Assembly: GCA_043228905.1 (NCBI GenBank)
Contig: JBHGNT010000010.1
Location: 930,001-994,000 of the forward strand
Source: Azolla caroliniana
Lineage: Eukaryota > Plantae > Polypodiophyta
Length of the DNA: 64,000 nucleotides
Direction of reading: 5' to 3'
In this document: positions 24,951 through 38,658 of the stretch, in pieces
Layout of the letters: each line of letters starts with the position of its first letter
How positions within the stretch are numbered: the stretch's first letter is position 1
The notes under the pieces: model-generated
What the model saw: only the letters and a program-made list of their open reading frames with translations
Database searches by the model: none
Told to the model about the DNA's origin: nothing
Made by a program: the position numbers and the translations under genes

Positions 24951-27900
24951 GGGTCATTCATGGATGATGAAGAATCTAAATCTACTACTTTGCACTAGCC
25001 ACTATTACTACAACACTACCACTTCATCAAATCTTTAGAGTAGTACACATAGTAGTAGTAGTGGTAGTATATGTATGGTAATTTCTTTCGTCAAAAACTA
25101 CTCAATAACCTCACCAAGGGGTAGCTTGGGTAATTTGGTTGGAAACTACTTAGCTCCATAAGAGGTAGTTTGGGAATTTCTTTCTAAGAATAATGTAGCC
25201 CCCACCCCACCCGAAAGGGTTAGTTTTCATGGGCTTGTTTGTTTGTTATTTCCTTGGAACCCAATAATGATGTTGGTCAATAACATATTTTTAAAGGTTG
25301 AATACCCAAGGCATAAAGTATCTTGCTTGACCACATTTAACAATACGGATTTGTCAACATTTGGACAATGTACGTACCATGACATTGCCCTTTCTCTTTT
25401 TGTCTCTTTTATATGAGTGGTGCACATATAAAGCGAGATCAAAATTTCCAAGTCACTCCAGAGTTAATCATGAAGATTGAAATTTACTTATGTAACCAAG
25501 GGTTTTGGCCTTCCATTTTGACTTCATTATTATGTATCTAGAATGTTTATTTTATTAAAGGTGTACATTCAATAATATACTATTGTGGTGTGCATGTGTT
25601 TCTCTTATGTGCATTTCACGCTATGTATGATGTTGATAGACATATAATATGTAGAGTATAAATACACATAGATTAACTATAGGTGATATTGTCCATGCAT
25701 ATCATATTAATAATATGTTTCCTAGGTTGATGGAACTTGACATGTCTTGGATATTATGTTTGAGTTTGACCATAAGGTGTTAACTTGATGTATATATATA
25801 TAATATAGCTTATGGAAATATGTAACAACATGTTTACAATGTTTACAATGTTTATACATTGCGTGATATTTCGCAAGATCAATGTATTTGTGTCGAGTAG
25901 ATGATGGGAGTAGCTAGTTTATCTTGGTAAAATTATTTATGCATACTTGAGACTACACATAAACTATTTTATTTTTTTAAATAGTGTTCATTCAAACACA
26001 AAGCTAACACTATTGAGCACGAAAAATCTGAGATACAAGCATGCCCAGAATTTGAGTTCATATTATGTGACAATGAAATGCCAAAATCTAAGGTACCCAT
26101 AACAATGTTTGTATCCCCACTAGACAGATTGTTTGGTTGTTTTGTATCTTACACAATGTCAAAGGCTCTAACATAGTAGACGTGCAAAAGATGAAAAGTT
26201 TCCATAGATTTACATTTCGATTGATTGGTGTGAGAGATTATATAGTAATATTAGATTTCACATGATGCAAGAGCAACCGTAATATGTAAGATTGAGTTGA
26301 GAGGAAGAAAATATTCAAAAACTTAAGAAACACACATGTGATGACATCAAACCAATGATTTGATCAACTTTTTTCAAGAGAGTTGTGTACATAAGAGCAC
26401 TGTTTCAGAGGAGAAAATAGACAAATCAAAATTTGGTAATCAGGTCCTCAAATGCTTGATCAGATATTCGTAGTTATATTAATAGAGACATGGGTCCAAA
26501 TGCAAAAGAATATTGTCTCCGGGCTGATATCTATTGATTATCATACTCTTGTTGGACTTGCTTTGAGAGTTCTTGAGGTTTTCGTGTAGTTTTTTAGGCT
26601 TAAACTAAATAGCACATTGAAAGATTCCTAGTTGCAATGGTGCTCAATATTGACACTAAACCAAACATCAGCTTCAAACGAAACAAACAAAAGAGAGATG
26701 AGGTAAATGTTCCATGTGCACAAGGATATTGTTACGGCCAACCCTTTTATGGTTGAAAATAAATCCCCCGAAAATAAACTCGGGTGTGTATGTGTGGGTG
26801 GGTGGGCGTGTTATTTTAAAGATTTGTTTCCATTATTTCCATTTATTAAAATGAATTACAAATGACACCTTGTGGTTGCCTGTCTTGGAATAAGGATTTA
26901 TGTTGATATAAGACAATCATAATAATATGCATAACAAACTTGACAACATTTCTCTTGATAAATGTTTGATTCATAAGTGGGTTCATGGTATGGAGGAAGA
27001 ATTATAAAATAATTTTATAACATAATACTAACTTAACCAAGCCTATAATATAAGAGAGGATGTAACTCATGTTATTTCGAGACAATGTATAAGTTATGTT
27101 TTAGATAGCAATGAACAATGCATGCATGGACCAATTAAAGCATTGACAAACTAATTCATGTTCATAATTTAGCTATATCAATTCATGAGCCTTCTTGGTT
27201 CCATTCTCTACTATGAGTGATGCTTCAACCCCTCTCAATGTTGGCATTGCATCTCCTATACTTATATCTTGAATTTCAAACAAAATCATGAGAAAACTAT
27301 CGTACTTGAATCATCTTGTCCGCTTCAACTTTTAGCTTCTTCATTCCTAATGTCAAAGATGGGTCTACTAACTTTCCTAAGTTTTTTCACCCGACAACCT
27401 AACAAAACTCTAGAAATGGGGTGAACTTGCAACATCTTGGGTCATGTGGTTATGTTTAACTTCAATTAGGTTGTCCAGTTTAGTGGTTCAATCTTTTTCT
27501 ACAATGACTTCTGCACATTACCAACATAAATTACATGCGTGTGGGTGGTTTATAGTGTTATAAATCTAGGAGTATAATTTCACGTACCTAATATTAGTGT
27601 CATATATGTATCTATAAATAGTCACACTAGGCTTTCAATTACGAAGAGTAGTTACAGAAGGATGTAGTTCATAACAAACTTTCTTCTTCACCTTTGCCAA
27701 TAAATACAATTCATCATACGTGTTTTTTTATTTCTCTAATAGACCCAGGTAAATGAGTAGATCTGGTCATTACCATCATGTCATTAGTCTGAACAGTCAT
27801 AAGCACATGACATGGTTTAGAACAAACGTATACCACTTTTCCATCTTCACCATGTAATACGTCATCACATCATATGCGTTTTGTTTTTGCCTTGCAGATA

Positions 27901-29479
27901 GGTTTGAAGGCTTATCGTCTTCATCTTTGTCTTTGCTTGGCTTTAGAACAAGTTGTTATTGGTATTACTACGACCATTAACATGACCTAATTATGTCACA
28001 CGTATACTACAACAAGCACGTTTATAACACAATACGCATGATATGCTCATAGAACATAAATTGCACAAAGACAAAAAAGCCACCACCATTGAACCTCATA
28101 ATTAGTCAGACAAATTCTTGGGACTTCATTATGCAAATCACACATAATAGGCCTATGATGTTCCAATGACTAGATTTGTCGAGGGATTCAATTCCAAGTC
28201 TCCCTACACAGCTCTATTTACATTTGATGTGAACATAGGCATCATTGATATGGTAACAATATGTCATGTTCATACTTTGGGCTCTAAATCTAGTCATGTG
28301 GTCATTATGATTGTTAATAATGATATTGACTTACATATTATATATATCAACACTCAATTATTAGAGTTAAATATAGATATATACATGTACGACGAGTACT
28401 CTCCTCGTTAATGGCTTTTAGTGTGAGCTTTTCACAAAAGAAACATGTACTTACTTAATATTTTATTACGACATGTAAAAGGTTATTAGGAATTTAGCTT
28501 GTTCCCACATCCATGGACCCCATATCCAAGCAATTTGAGAAGTTACAAGTTTGAAAATTTCAATGAATTTATGTCAGAGTGGTTTGTGCTCATGTAATGT
28601 ATAGGACCACATGAGAATCTCAACATAGTCAAATAATATCTCAAAGAATTTCACAAAGACAACCATAATTTATGATATGTTATTCTCATCACCCACCTTT
28701 TCATCATATTTTCCCAACATGATTTAACAACAAACTTTGTCTTGCAAATTTTACAGAATTCTAGTTTTGATGTATAACACAATGATTGGGCCCCTCTCAC
28801 AAAATACATATAAATAAAAATGTAACAAAACCTTGAAAGAGATCCACGGTCACTATTGTCATTGTCATTGTTTTTTGTTTTTCTTAATTTGCTACTATCA
28901 TTTTTTGTTTGTTTCCTTGATAATGCAACCTATCTTCCTTTCTTTATTGGAATCTTAGAAGTTCAACAATATCCAAGTGATTCAAAACTATGATGTATAA
29001 AGACAATGCTTTCACATTGTTCTTCATACGTACAATCTTGTTGTTATTGATTTTTTTATGATGATCATATATTATTAAGTTTTGGTCCACACATTCCAAG
29101 GCTTGCCCTTCTTCTCTTTTAACTTGCTTCTAATGGTTCAGTCAACACATTAACGTTATTAAAAAAAAATTTACACTCTTCAATCAACGATGATTATATG
29201 TGGATGCCTCCATAGTATTCTTCCAAGAAAACTCTACGTCATGCATAGGACTACTTGGGGAATGCCTTAGAATTTGAAATTTGTAATAATTCTATTGTAT
29301 GTCTATATATTGGTTGTAGGGGCGTGAATTGGACATTTGTTTTATATTCTTTTGAAGTATATCATTATGATGCAACACATACTAAATATATGATTAATTC
29401 ATCTATATATTGACTGCATACACTAGGTGTTACCATTTGCTTGTATCTTAAACCCATAAATTTGAGCCATAGACTATTC

Positions 29480-29990
29480 CTAGAAATTTGGTCGGATTAG
29501 TCCCGATTGATTAGATCCGGCCGGGTTGATCTAGCTTGATTCCTGCTTGGCCGGCTTGGTCAGTTGACTTGTGTATGGCCAATTTGCTTAGCCTAATTGG
29601 GTCAGCTCGTCCGAACCCTCGTGTGTCGATTGGCTAGGTGGTTGATCGGGAACGATGGTACACTGGAAATAGCAGCGCCAACGATCACAGGTGCCGGAGC
29701 ATTCAACCACGTAGATGGGGAGCATCATTACAACGGGAAGGCCTTCAAAATTCCTCTATGAGGAATCTCTGCCAGAATCTTCTCATTAACTACCTCACCC
29801 TCCACTCTTTTCCTCTCCTATGTGTGAGTTAAATAAAGTACACAATATGTTCTACCTTTCATATCCTATTCGCAGTTTGTTTTCCTACTTTATCGTAATG
29901 TGCATGCACACAAATCCCCTTTGTGTGTGCACATATCCAATTCTCCCACTTTCAGTAGATTTTCTGGCCGTCACCAAAAATCTTCACGAC
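29480..29990 (+). mobile_element. Possible truncated LTR relic between the twin genes
   Basis: A GC-richer island in AT-rich DNA, with a pyrimidine-rich segment plus AATAAA and a ...CACGACA end. No matching TG start or TSD was found. Confidence 0.3.
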
Positions 29991-30905
29991 AACGTTCTAG
30001 TGAGAGAATGTTAAGATTGTAGTCCTTCATAGTCCTATAGGTGTAGTTCATGTCGATTCATCAATAAGTATATGTTAAGGAATATTTTTGTAGCTTTGTT
30101 TGGTGATGATGCAAATTCCTTATAATGAAGTAACATCAAAGTGGATGAATGGTCTACACAAATGATCTTCATCTAGCTAGTTAGTCTCTAATGGGGGGTT
30201 GTGTTGTAAGGTGTTTCTAATATTATGATGGCCGTGCTTACATTACATTAAGAATGTCTTGAGTTGTAACCTTCACTTAGAATGCTTGCATCAGGGTAAA
30301 AAACACTGCTCCCCATCTAGTTGATTTAAACTTCATAAAACTTTACTCTAACGTGGGTTATGTGGGGGTTTCCTAACAGATTAGGAGTTTTGAGCTAGCA
30401 CTAAATTGTCAAAGCATCGAGATGTGGCCTTATTACAAATAGGAAATCGTTCTCGAAAACTATTTGAAATTTGACAAATGTATGCTTGAGTAAACTTATG
30501 CAACTCAAAAGAAGCTATATTCCAAATCTATGGGATTGGGTCAATCTAATGTCTTGGAGGGTTGAACATGGGGTCCTCTTAATGTTTTGGGTTTGACGTT
30601 AGTGTAACTCCAAGACTATAGAGAAAGAAAAGTAAAAAACAAAAAGGCACAAACTTATGCTAGCTAAAATCAACAAATTCATGTCACTAAATATCCATTG
30701 GTTATGTTGAGGGACATGACCAACATGAATTATATACTTCATTTCACTTGTCGGTTTGATCCGATAAATGACGATTATGAACAACTATACATTGTCGTAA
30801 ATAAGTTCGTGAGTAGTTCGTCTTTGGGTTATGTAGTGGTTGTTGTAGTAATAGTGGCTAGTGCAAAGTAGTAGATTTAGATTCTTCATCATCCATGAAT
30901 GACCC

Positions 30906-32453
30906 TTAAGAGTCCCACACCGGACCTATTGCGGTGATGCCATTGGCACGGCAAGTGTCGACCACAGCTTTACTTCCCGAAGGGTTGCTTGTCACGATCA
31001 CCACTTGTGCCCCGACGCGCCGTGCCACCTTCACCGCCATCCCTCCTACATCCGGCCTCCCTCCCCTCTCGGCCGTATCGTATACCGTCAGTCTATCGGC
31101 TGGACATGTCCTCAGCAGCTCCGCGAACTCGTCGCCGTACGTCTTCTGCACCGATTTCGCAACCCACACGAGGTGGACCTCGGTCGTGACCGACGTCGGC
31201 TGAAGAAGGAAGGAGAGGAAGACCCCGATCCCCGACCCCGTGGCGACGTGCAACACCCTCTCGTACATGTTCGTCAGGTACGGGATCCCTGCGAAATGTA
31301 GCGTGCGCACCCACACTCGGGTGGGCGGATTCTGGATGAGGCCATTGGTGAAGTCGCCCACCGCGCCCGCCACTATCGAATACCCGTGCCTCCCATCCGA
31401 CACCGTGCCGAATGCGTGCCATTCTGATAGCGGTGACCGGCTGATTCGTGCCAGCAGGCCCGGCCGCACGGGGCTGCAAGAGAAGAAGTGTAGGATACTC
31501 ACGGATCCATGTGTTCCCGGTGGTGCGGCTCCGGTGGCGAGGCAGCGTACCGGGACCCGACGCACACTCAACCACGGACAGATGATAAGCAATGTTATGG
31601 CCGTAGTTGCCCATACCGATGGAGCGCCAACGATATTCGAAGCTCGAAGGTAGAAGGCCCCATCCAGGAGTCCGTAGCTGCCATTGGATAGGATAACATA
31701 GAGCCATACTCCGGCGAGTGCGGCCCATCCCGCGAGGCGGTGCACCCTCTCGAAGACATTGTGATGGAGGTGTCGGAGCGCGGGGAATGCCGCCATGCAT
31801 GTGAGCAGCAGCAGAGCGAGAGTGATGACGGCGACCGCATGTTGGAGCCGTTGTATGAGCATGTCATTGTGATCCCCGTGCGAGTGCGAGAACATGTCGG
31901 AGACGGCGAAGGCCAACCAGAGGATGGCGGAGACACCGCAGCCGCTGTGGATGCCACCGAGGTTGGAGAGGAAGAAGGTGCATGCATTTCTGAGCGGTGC
32001 GAATGGAAGGAGGCGGCGGAAGACGAAGACGGCGATGGTGAAGATGAGGCGGAGGAAGAGCTCGCTACGGCAGGCTACAAGTGCCAGGACATTGGCCACG
32101 GCGATGAGCGCGGAGTTGGAACGGGCGGAAGGGAAGTGTCCGGAGACGGCGGCGGCAAAGCAAGCAATGTTAACAGAGAAGCTGAGAAGGAAGAGGCACT
32201 TGTAGACGGTGAGCCAACTGCGGTGGGTGGCGGCAATGCGGGAGAGGGTTGGGAGCTTTCTGTCGCCCGAGGAAATGGAGGAGATGGGAGTGGGTTTGGA
32301 CTGGGAGAGTGGGGGAGGGTGGTCATGGTGGATTTCAATGCTAGAATGGTTGGGACAAGTCTCTTGGACATGGTCATCAAATGCAATGGGGGCTACTCTT
32401 GCACTCGGGACTCTCCCACTATCAGTGGCAACTCTAGCTAGCAGCTCCATCAT
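30906..32453 (-). CDS. Intronless ferric-reductase/FNR-like protein, copy B (inverted paralog of 23400-24950)
   Basis: Only 7 aa differences from copy A downstream of PTLSRIAATH, but the N-terminal ~70 aa are diverged with indels. The ORF track starts at a TTG (32459); the first ATG is at 32453, and the ATG at 32450 aligns with copy A. Confidence 0.85.
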   Translation of the reverse strand: MMELLARVATDSGRVPSARVAPIAFDDHVQETCPNHSSIEIHHDHPPPLSQSKPTPISSISSGDRKLPTLSRIAATHRSWLTVYKCLFLLSFSVNIACFAAAVSGHFPSARSNSALIAVANVLALVACRSELFLRLIFTIAVFVFRRLLPFAPLRNACTFFLSNLGGIHSGCGVSAILWLAFAVSDMFSHSHGDHNDMLIQRLQHAVAVITLALLLLTCMAAFPALRHLHHNVFERVHRLAGWAALAGVWLYVILSNGSYGLLDGAFYLRASNIVGAPSVWATTAITLLIICPWLSVRRVPVRCLATGAAPPGTHGSVSILHFFSCSPVRPGLLARISRSPLSEWHAFGTVSDGRHGYSIVAGAVGDFTNGLIQNPPTRVWVRTLHFAGIPYLTNMYERVLHVATGSGIGVFLSFLLQPTSVTTEVHLVWVAKSVQKTYGDEFAELLRTCPADRLTVYDTAERGGRPDVGGMAVKVARRVGAQVVIVTSNPSGSKAVVDTCRANGITAIGPVWDS

Positions 32454-34283
32454 ACCCAATAGTATTATGTATGCTCACGATGATGTTTGATCTTAAGGTC
32501 GGGCGTTATGGTGTTGTCCTCCTCAATGGTCATTATATACAAGACTGTTTTGGTAGACGGGGACAAATAAAACATTGTAACACACTCTTTGACTTTCAAA
32601 TTTTCCGACACAAAATTGCGAAGAATTTCATTACTTGGGATGAGTTTTACATCATTGGTAGCCCCACATCTAATATGTATGCATGGTTGATTGTCGTATA
32701 ATTTAATGACATAATTTGACACGAGATCATCAGCTACAACTTGGGTTTAGCTGTTATTAAGAGTTATTGTGGAGTTTATATTTCAAAGGCAAACACGTGT
32801 ACCCATGTGTATGTAACACACAGAAGCTCCTTATCAACATTATATAGATTTTTTATTGTTGTTTAAATAGTGAATCCAATCACTAGGACATTGATATACC
32901 CATTTAATGTTTTGCACGTAATGTCTTGACACTAATCTCTCATCTCTTTTTGAAGTTGAGGAAACTATGCCAAAGTACTTGTGTGGTCTCATTACATTTT
33001 TAGTTTATTTCGAAACATTTTAATATTCCCAAAGTACCCGTCCTTTTCTATTATGTATAGTACTTATAGAGGGAGGAGACTCCAAGGAGAGTATGGTTAA
33101 AAGGGTATTTGGGAAACAATATGTCTATTGTATTTATTTACAAAGGCACATGAATCTATAATCCTTTCATCTAATCCTTTCATCTCTCAAACTAGTTTCT
33201 CAAACTTACGTTATCATCATAATTTTGTCATAGATTATTATTACTAATCCTTTCATATCTCTACTTAGTTTCTTGAACTTATGCTATCATCACACTTCAA
33301 AACATGAATGAATGCAAAATGTGTTATGTTATGACTATGGACTTGTCTTATGAGTTATGTTTCGATAATAATGATAATATATTTATTATGGACTACCTCA
33401 TGCATGACTTCACACATGACCTTAGGTTCATGAGTTTGTTTTGAATACTTGCGATGATCCCATATTGACTTGCAAATCCCCATAAATGGTCCATACTCCA
33501 TACAAAAATGCATATCAATGTCTATTTTTACGTATGTATCTCCCCTTCCTTTAGTCACACAATTTTCATTGTCCTCAACTCTACAAATGTCTCAATTCTT
33601 CCTTACATATCAAGGATTTTATAGACTCGTGCTTGTTTCTATGTCCACATTCATGTTACACTCTATTGAAAAATAGCCTTATAGTTGGTACATTCATGGT
33701 ACACTCTTTATGTACGGATTCTTGTGGTTTATGGAAGGCCAAAGATAACTATTTGTTCATATATATATAAATTACTGATGGCAGTAAGAATGTGTATGAT
33801 GTGGCCACACATGTTCATTTATTGCAATAACTTGTTACATATGCTAAATGGCTTGTTTATGTCAATTAGGAATAAGTATTTGTTAAGATGAAAAAATACG
33901 GATGGATTAATTAGATAATTGTGTATTCAAGTGAATTAAGATCAATTGGTTTATAACCGAAATTGGCCATTATTTTTTATAGGTTTATATTTAGACCTTT
34001 CTTAGCTCATATTAGGTTCTATCCACACTAGATGGTTTATGTTGACTATGAATATCTATAGCATCTAACTTGTCAATACTCACTCCATTTACATTTATGC
34101 AAAAATGCCTTAAAGCAATGACTCTCATTCACATTTTGGCAAGAAACTTGATCAGAATGTGTAGAATTGCACATGAAAGCTACATGTTATTAGTCTACAT
34201 TAAAGTTTACACTTTAGAGGTGATTGTCGACACTTACAATTGAGAAATATCTACACGAAGTCTAGGATTTTGTAGATCTATTT

Positions 34284-34730
34284 CATTGTTGTTAAAAAAC
34301 GCGTACTTTATAGATAGAGTACGTTTTAGAATACCCACACGTATTCTAAATGTATTCAACCTTTTGGAACTGTCATTTTTTCTAAGCCTAAATTTGTAAA
34401 TAATTTAAAATTTAATTTTCTAGGGTTTTTTTTAGTAGAGAAAAAGAAAATAATTATGTAAATATTGGAACACCATTTATCCATGGGCAATAAAGATAAT
34501 TGGTATTTACTATATGTATAGTATTCAAATTCCAAGTATATTTGCATTCAACATCAATGGTGTTCAAGTATTCGATGTATTCAACATATTCAAAACGTAT
34601 TCAAAACGTACTCAACGTATTTTACCTTTAAATACGTATTCTAAGAACTTATAAATTTTTTTAGAATACTTATAAAATACATAGCATACGTATTGTACCC
34701 GTACGGTATGCTACGTATGTTACAACCATG
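34284..34730. mobile_element. Non-autonomous hAT-type element (MITE), 447 bp
   Basis: 8-bp TSD ATCTATTT at 34276-34283 and 34731-34738. Short TIRs CATTGTTGT / ACAACCATG (1 mismatch). Subterminal ACGTATT(C) repeats. Confidence 0.82.
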
Positions 34731-35080
34731 ATCTATTTGTGGATCAAAATTTCATAGGGTTTATGAAGTTGACTTTGTTATATCTCTAACATATGTATCA
34801 TATTGATGGATGTGTTTCGCATGCCAACAATTGGTGAATAATGTTGATGGATATGTATTTAATATGTTGGATATGGATAGGTATGGGTTGACTTTACATG
34901 ATCATGTGGCTTGTCTTATAGTTTAATGGAACTTGACTTGTTTATGACATTAAGTTCATCAACATACAACACATGCAATAAGAACACTATATTGATCTAT
35001 TTCCTAATATTTTGGAATTTGCGTTGTTTTAGATTTTGTGGATGAACATTGGTTGTTAGTTGTGTTGTGTAGATCACGTA

Positions 35081-35431
35081 TGTTACCCGTAGGAGTTGTA
35101 CGGGGCGGTATAAGGGTAAAACACGTTAAAGGGGTTGTTCAGTATGTGTAATGTATAGGAGTGTGAGAATGAGTATGTCTGAGCACATGCACAATTATGT
35201 GCATGTGACAAGAATGTAACGGTCTCTTTTTGTAACAGACATATTATTTACCGTTACATTATGTATTATATAAACCCCTTATGGGGCATGTAATGAGATA
35301 TAGTTTTTTCCCCTCTCATATGGTGTCATTTCCTATTTGTCTTTTTCTCTAGCTCTCTCTCTAACTTAACCCCCTTGGGAGGGGGGTGAAACGGTGAAGC
35401 CATTCTAGGTTTCACCCCCCACCCATCAACA
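35081..35431 (+). mobile_element. Solo LTR, 351 bp
   Basis: TGTT...AACA termini. 5-bp TSD ACGTA at 35076-35080 and 35432-35436. Internal TATATAAA followed by a CT-rich tract. Confidence 0.82.
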
Positions 35432-37509
35432 ACGTATTAGTGGAATTAAGTGGCTTATGTTTGGACTTATTATTCGAACACAAAAACTTGTTTACATTGA
35501 AACATACTACTTACTATAGTGGCTTATTTATATTGAGATGAAATATTTATGTCAACATTTAGTTGTGCAAGTGTTAGTACAAATATTTATGGAAACTACT
35601 AATCTATGTTCAGTGAATTTTGACATGGAAGAATGAACTATTTGCATTGCTTATATCTAATCTTCATTTATGTATGCCTACAAATTAAAAATTATGTATC
35701 GTGTGATGAATATACAAGTAGATATATCACATTGTGGATCAACTAGTCAGACAATGAATACCCAAGAACACACTTATGATTGGAGAATATAAGAGTTCAT
35801 TCAAACACAATGTTACTATTGTCGTGAAGTTACTTGTGTGCATGTGAAATTAGAGTGGGGCCACAAAGGACTTTAACAAGAGAGGATGGGTTGATTCAAG
35901 TGTTCTAGGTATAGTGTTTGAGGATGCCAATGTTCTTTAGGTATAACATGCTATAGGTATTTATGCGTCACAATGTTCTTTAGGGACAACATGGTATACC
36001 ATATAAGTATTTAGGCATTCAGGATGATGTGGGTGTTGGTACATGAACATGTATAGGTATTTTGGTGTTAATGTATGTATACTAGTGTGTGTACTACGTT
36101 GATATTTATCAAGAAGGGAGAGGGGTGTTTTATTATTAAATTATTTCACTTTATTTTTGTTAATTGTGATTATTAACATTATTATTTTTATCTTATTATA
36201 ATTATAATAACTATAACAATTATTATTATAAATGATTATTGTTCTTATATTATTATTTGTTTATTACCATGATCTTATTTATTTACTTGTTTACTCACTT
36301 TTTATTTTATTTTATTGATTTATATTTTGTTTTATTTATTTACTATTATTTTTATCTCTTTTGGTGTCGATCGATTGTGGCGACGACCAATTGTGGAGCA
36401 GGTGAACAACTAAATGTTCAGTGTTCGAATCCTAAAGTATTAATTTTTATTTTTATTTTGTTTTTTTTTATTAATATTTAATATCACTAGTACTTCTTAT
36501 TAATATTTTTTAATAAATTATGGGTAGGGGGAATGAATCTTTTTTATAATAATAAAAATTAAGTGGAGGGGGTTTAGTTACGAAAATTATGTCCCAACCT
36601 TATCCTCATGCACCATTTAGTGGACAAGACTTTGGTTTTGGCCAACATGGTAGGTTCAACTATTGTTGCTCAAAAATTTATGGATAGATCTATACAAATC
36701 CTCCCCCAGTGGTCGGAATTGAGATATGAAAATTCCATTATGACCCTCGAGGCGAAGTTTTTGTGTTGACAATACGAGTTCTCCAGCGAGACGATTAATT
36801 TCATCAAATTCCCGTAACTTTGTTTCTCGAGCTCAGAATTCCATGCCAAATATTCCAACGCACTCCTTGCTTTACCACGATTATTTAAAATGATGACATG
36901 TACAAGATAATTGAAATATAAATTATGTTAAAATGTTGTAAGTAACAATCAGTTCATGGGGTGTAAGTTCAACCTTCTCAATCTTATACAACCTTAGAAA
37001 CTTTTGGTGGTTTAGAAGTGCAACTTAAGCTTTGCCTTTCATAAGATTCATTGTCGTGATGTACAATATAATAAGATCAAGTTCACATGATCAGAGACCA
37101 ATTTGACTAAAACATTTATGAAATAGCACACTTGTCATTTGACAAAAATAGATGAGAAAGAATAGGCAAAACAATGAACGATAAACATCATTGCATGATA
37201 AAAATGATAAACAAAGGTAGATGTAGGAACACTTACTAATGTTTGCAATCCCATAAGATACACAAACACTTATGGAATTAAACAATTTCGCTTTCAATGG
37301 TTCGGTTCGGTTTTGACACTCTTGAACCGTTGCCGATTGTTAGGGCTACTTCAATATGCATAAAAACACATATAATGTTTGTTCCCTTGTATAAAAGAAT
37401 CATATGCGGGTTCATGCTATGGAGGAAGAATTATAAAATAATTTGTTATAAAATAATACTAATGTAACCATAAGCCTATATTGAAGGAAGTAACTCACAT
37501 TATCATGTG

Positions 37510-38658
37510 ATGAATTTGGTAGAGGTCTCTTAAAATCAATGGAGAAATGGATAGGCCACGAGGAGGAGGGATCTTTGATCCTGAGAGGTAGGGACCACCA
37601 AATAGGCTCGAAGGCTCTAAATTGTGAGACACTGAGACACCAATACAGAATAACGCAATTCGAGTACTCGCGTATACTGCTCATAAATGGATTGTAGATC
37701 TTGATCCGATCAAAGTTCAACTCGATTGGCACATATGTACTCATGAAAACACATGTCTACATAAGGTTAGTTGGGACCCTTTGCAATGGACATGGCGTGA
37801 TCCCTACGCGGGGCAAGGAAGCAAACCCATCCCTTTCTTCCAATTCACAACTAGATTGGGTTGTCACATTTCTAGCTGCTCAAACCGCCCGAGAGCTGGC
37901 TGATGCGAAGGTTTGGCACACATTTTAAGTTCCTCCCACAATAATCACCAAGTTTTGGCAGAAAATCTAGAAACAACAACACACGAGGCGAATTACCATG
38001 TTCCAATGGTTATTAATACATAAGTCCCTACCGGTGGGACCATGGCAACGTGGGAACCTTAGCTCTCCTAATTGTGTAGAGTGCCCACATGCAATAGAAT
38101 CAATACGACACACTTTGTGGGACTGCCCAAAGTCCCATCGAATATGGCGGGGGGTTGGCTGCTTGTTGCAATTATGGTAGGTGCAAGGCTCAATCAAGTG
38201 AGGAAATATATGTTTGCTATCATGGCAGACCGCAGTTGGCAGATACGAGCATCAGGAAGAGGGGATGACTTTGGTGATAAAAGCACACGAGGTCCTTTTC
38301 TCCTCCAGCAGCAATGTCCACTCCACTCCTCTTAATGACAAATCTCAAGAGGTGTTGGAATTGGTCAACCCAATAACTCTTTGGATTCTATGGAAACAAC
38401 GATGTAGGCAAGTCTTCTCCAACCAAACCGCACATCCAACAAGGTTACTGCAAGAGATATGGAGTGAAATTGTAGCCACTCTGAAGACTCGCCAATATGA
38501 TGGCCTTGACTCCGATGGAGTTGAAAGACAACCAATAGCCTTCATCCAACAATGGTCGTCCTCTCCCTTTCTTGAGTAAGTGGGCATCCACATAAGATGG
38601 AACTATCGCGTCCCTACAAGGATTTGTACATAATCTTGTAAATTTTTATAACCAATGG
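37510..38658 (+). mobile_element. 5'-truncated, degenerate L1-type LINE (ORF2 C-terminus with zf-RVT); its 3' tail continues at 49731-49772 beyond the inserted Gypsy
   Basis: FQWLLIHKSLPVG...CVECPHAIESIRHTLWDC zinc knuckle and ITLWILWKQRCRQVF motif, with stops and a frameshift. An (AAAT)n tail follows the Gypsy TSD. The 5' boundary is approximate. Confidence 0.75.

Noticed and set aside
36100-37350. AT-rich low-complexity tract, a GC-richer patch at 36670-36880 and a ggttcggttcggtt motif at about 37298
   Set aside because: Suggestive of non-autonomous DNA-transposon debris, but no paired TIRs or TSD could be established.
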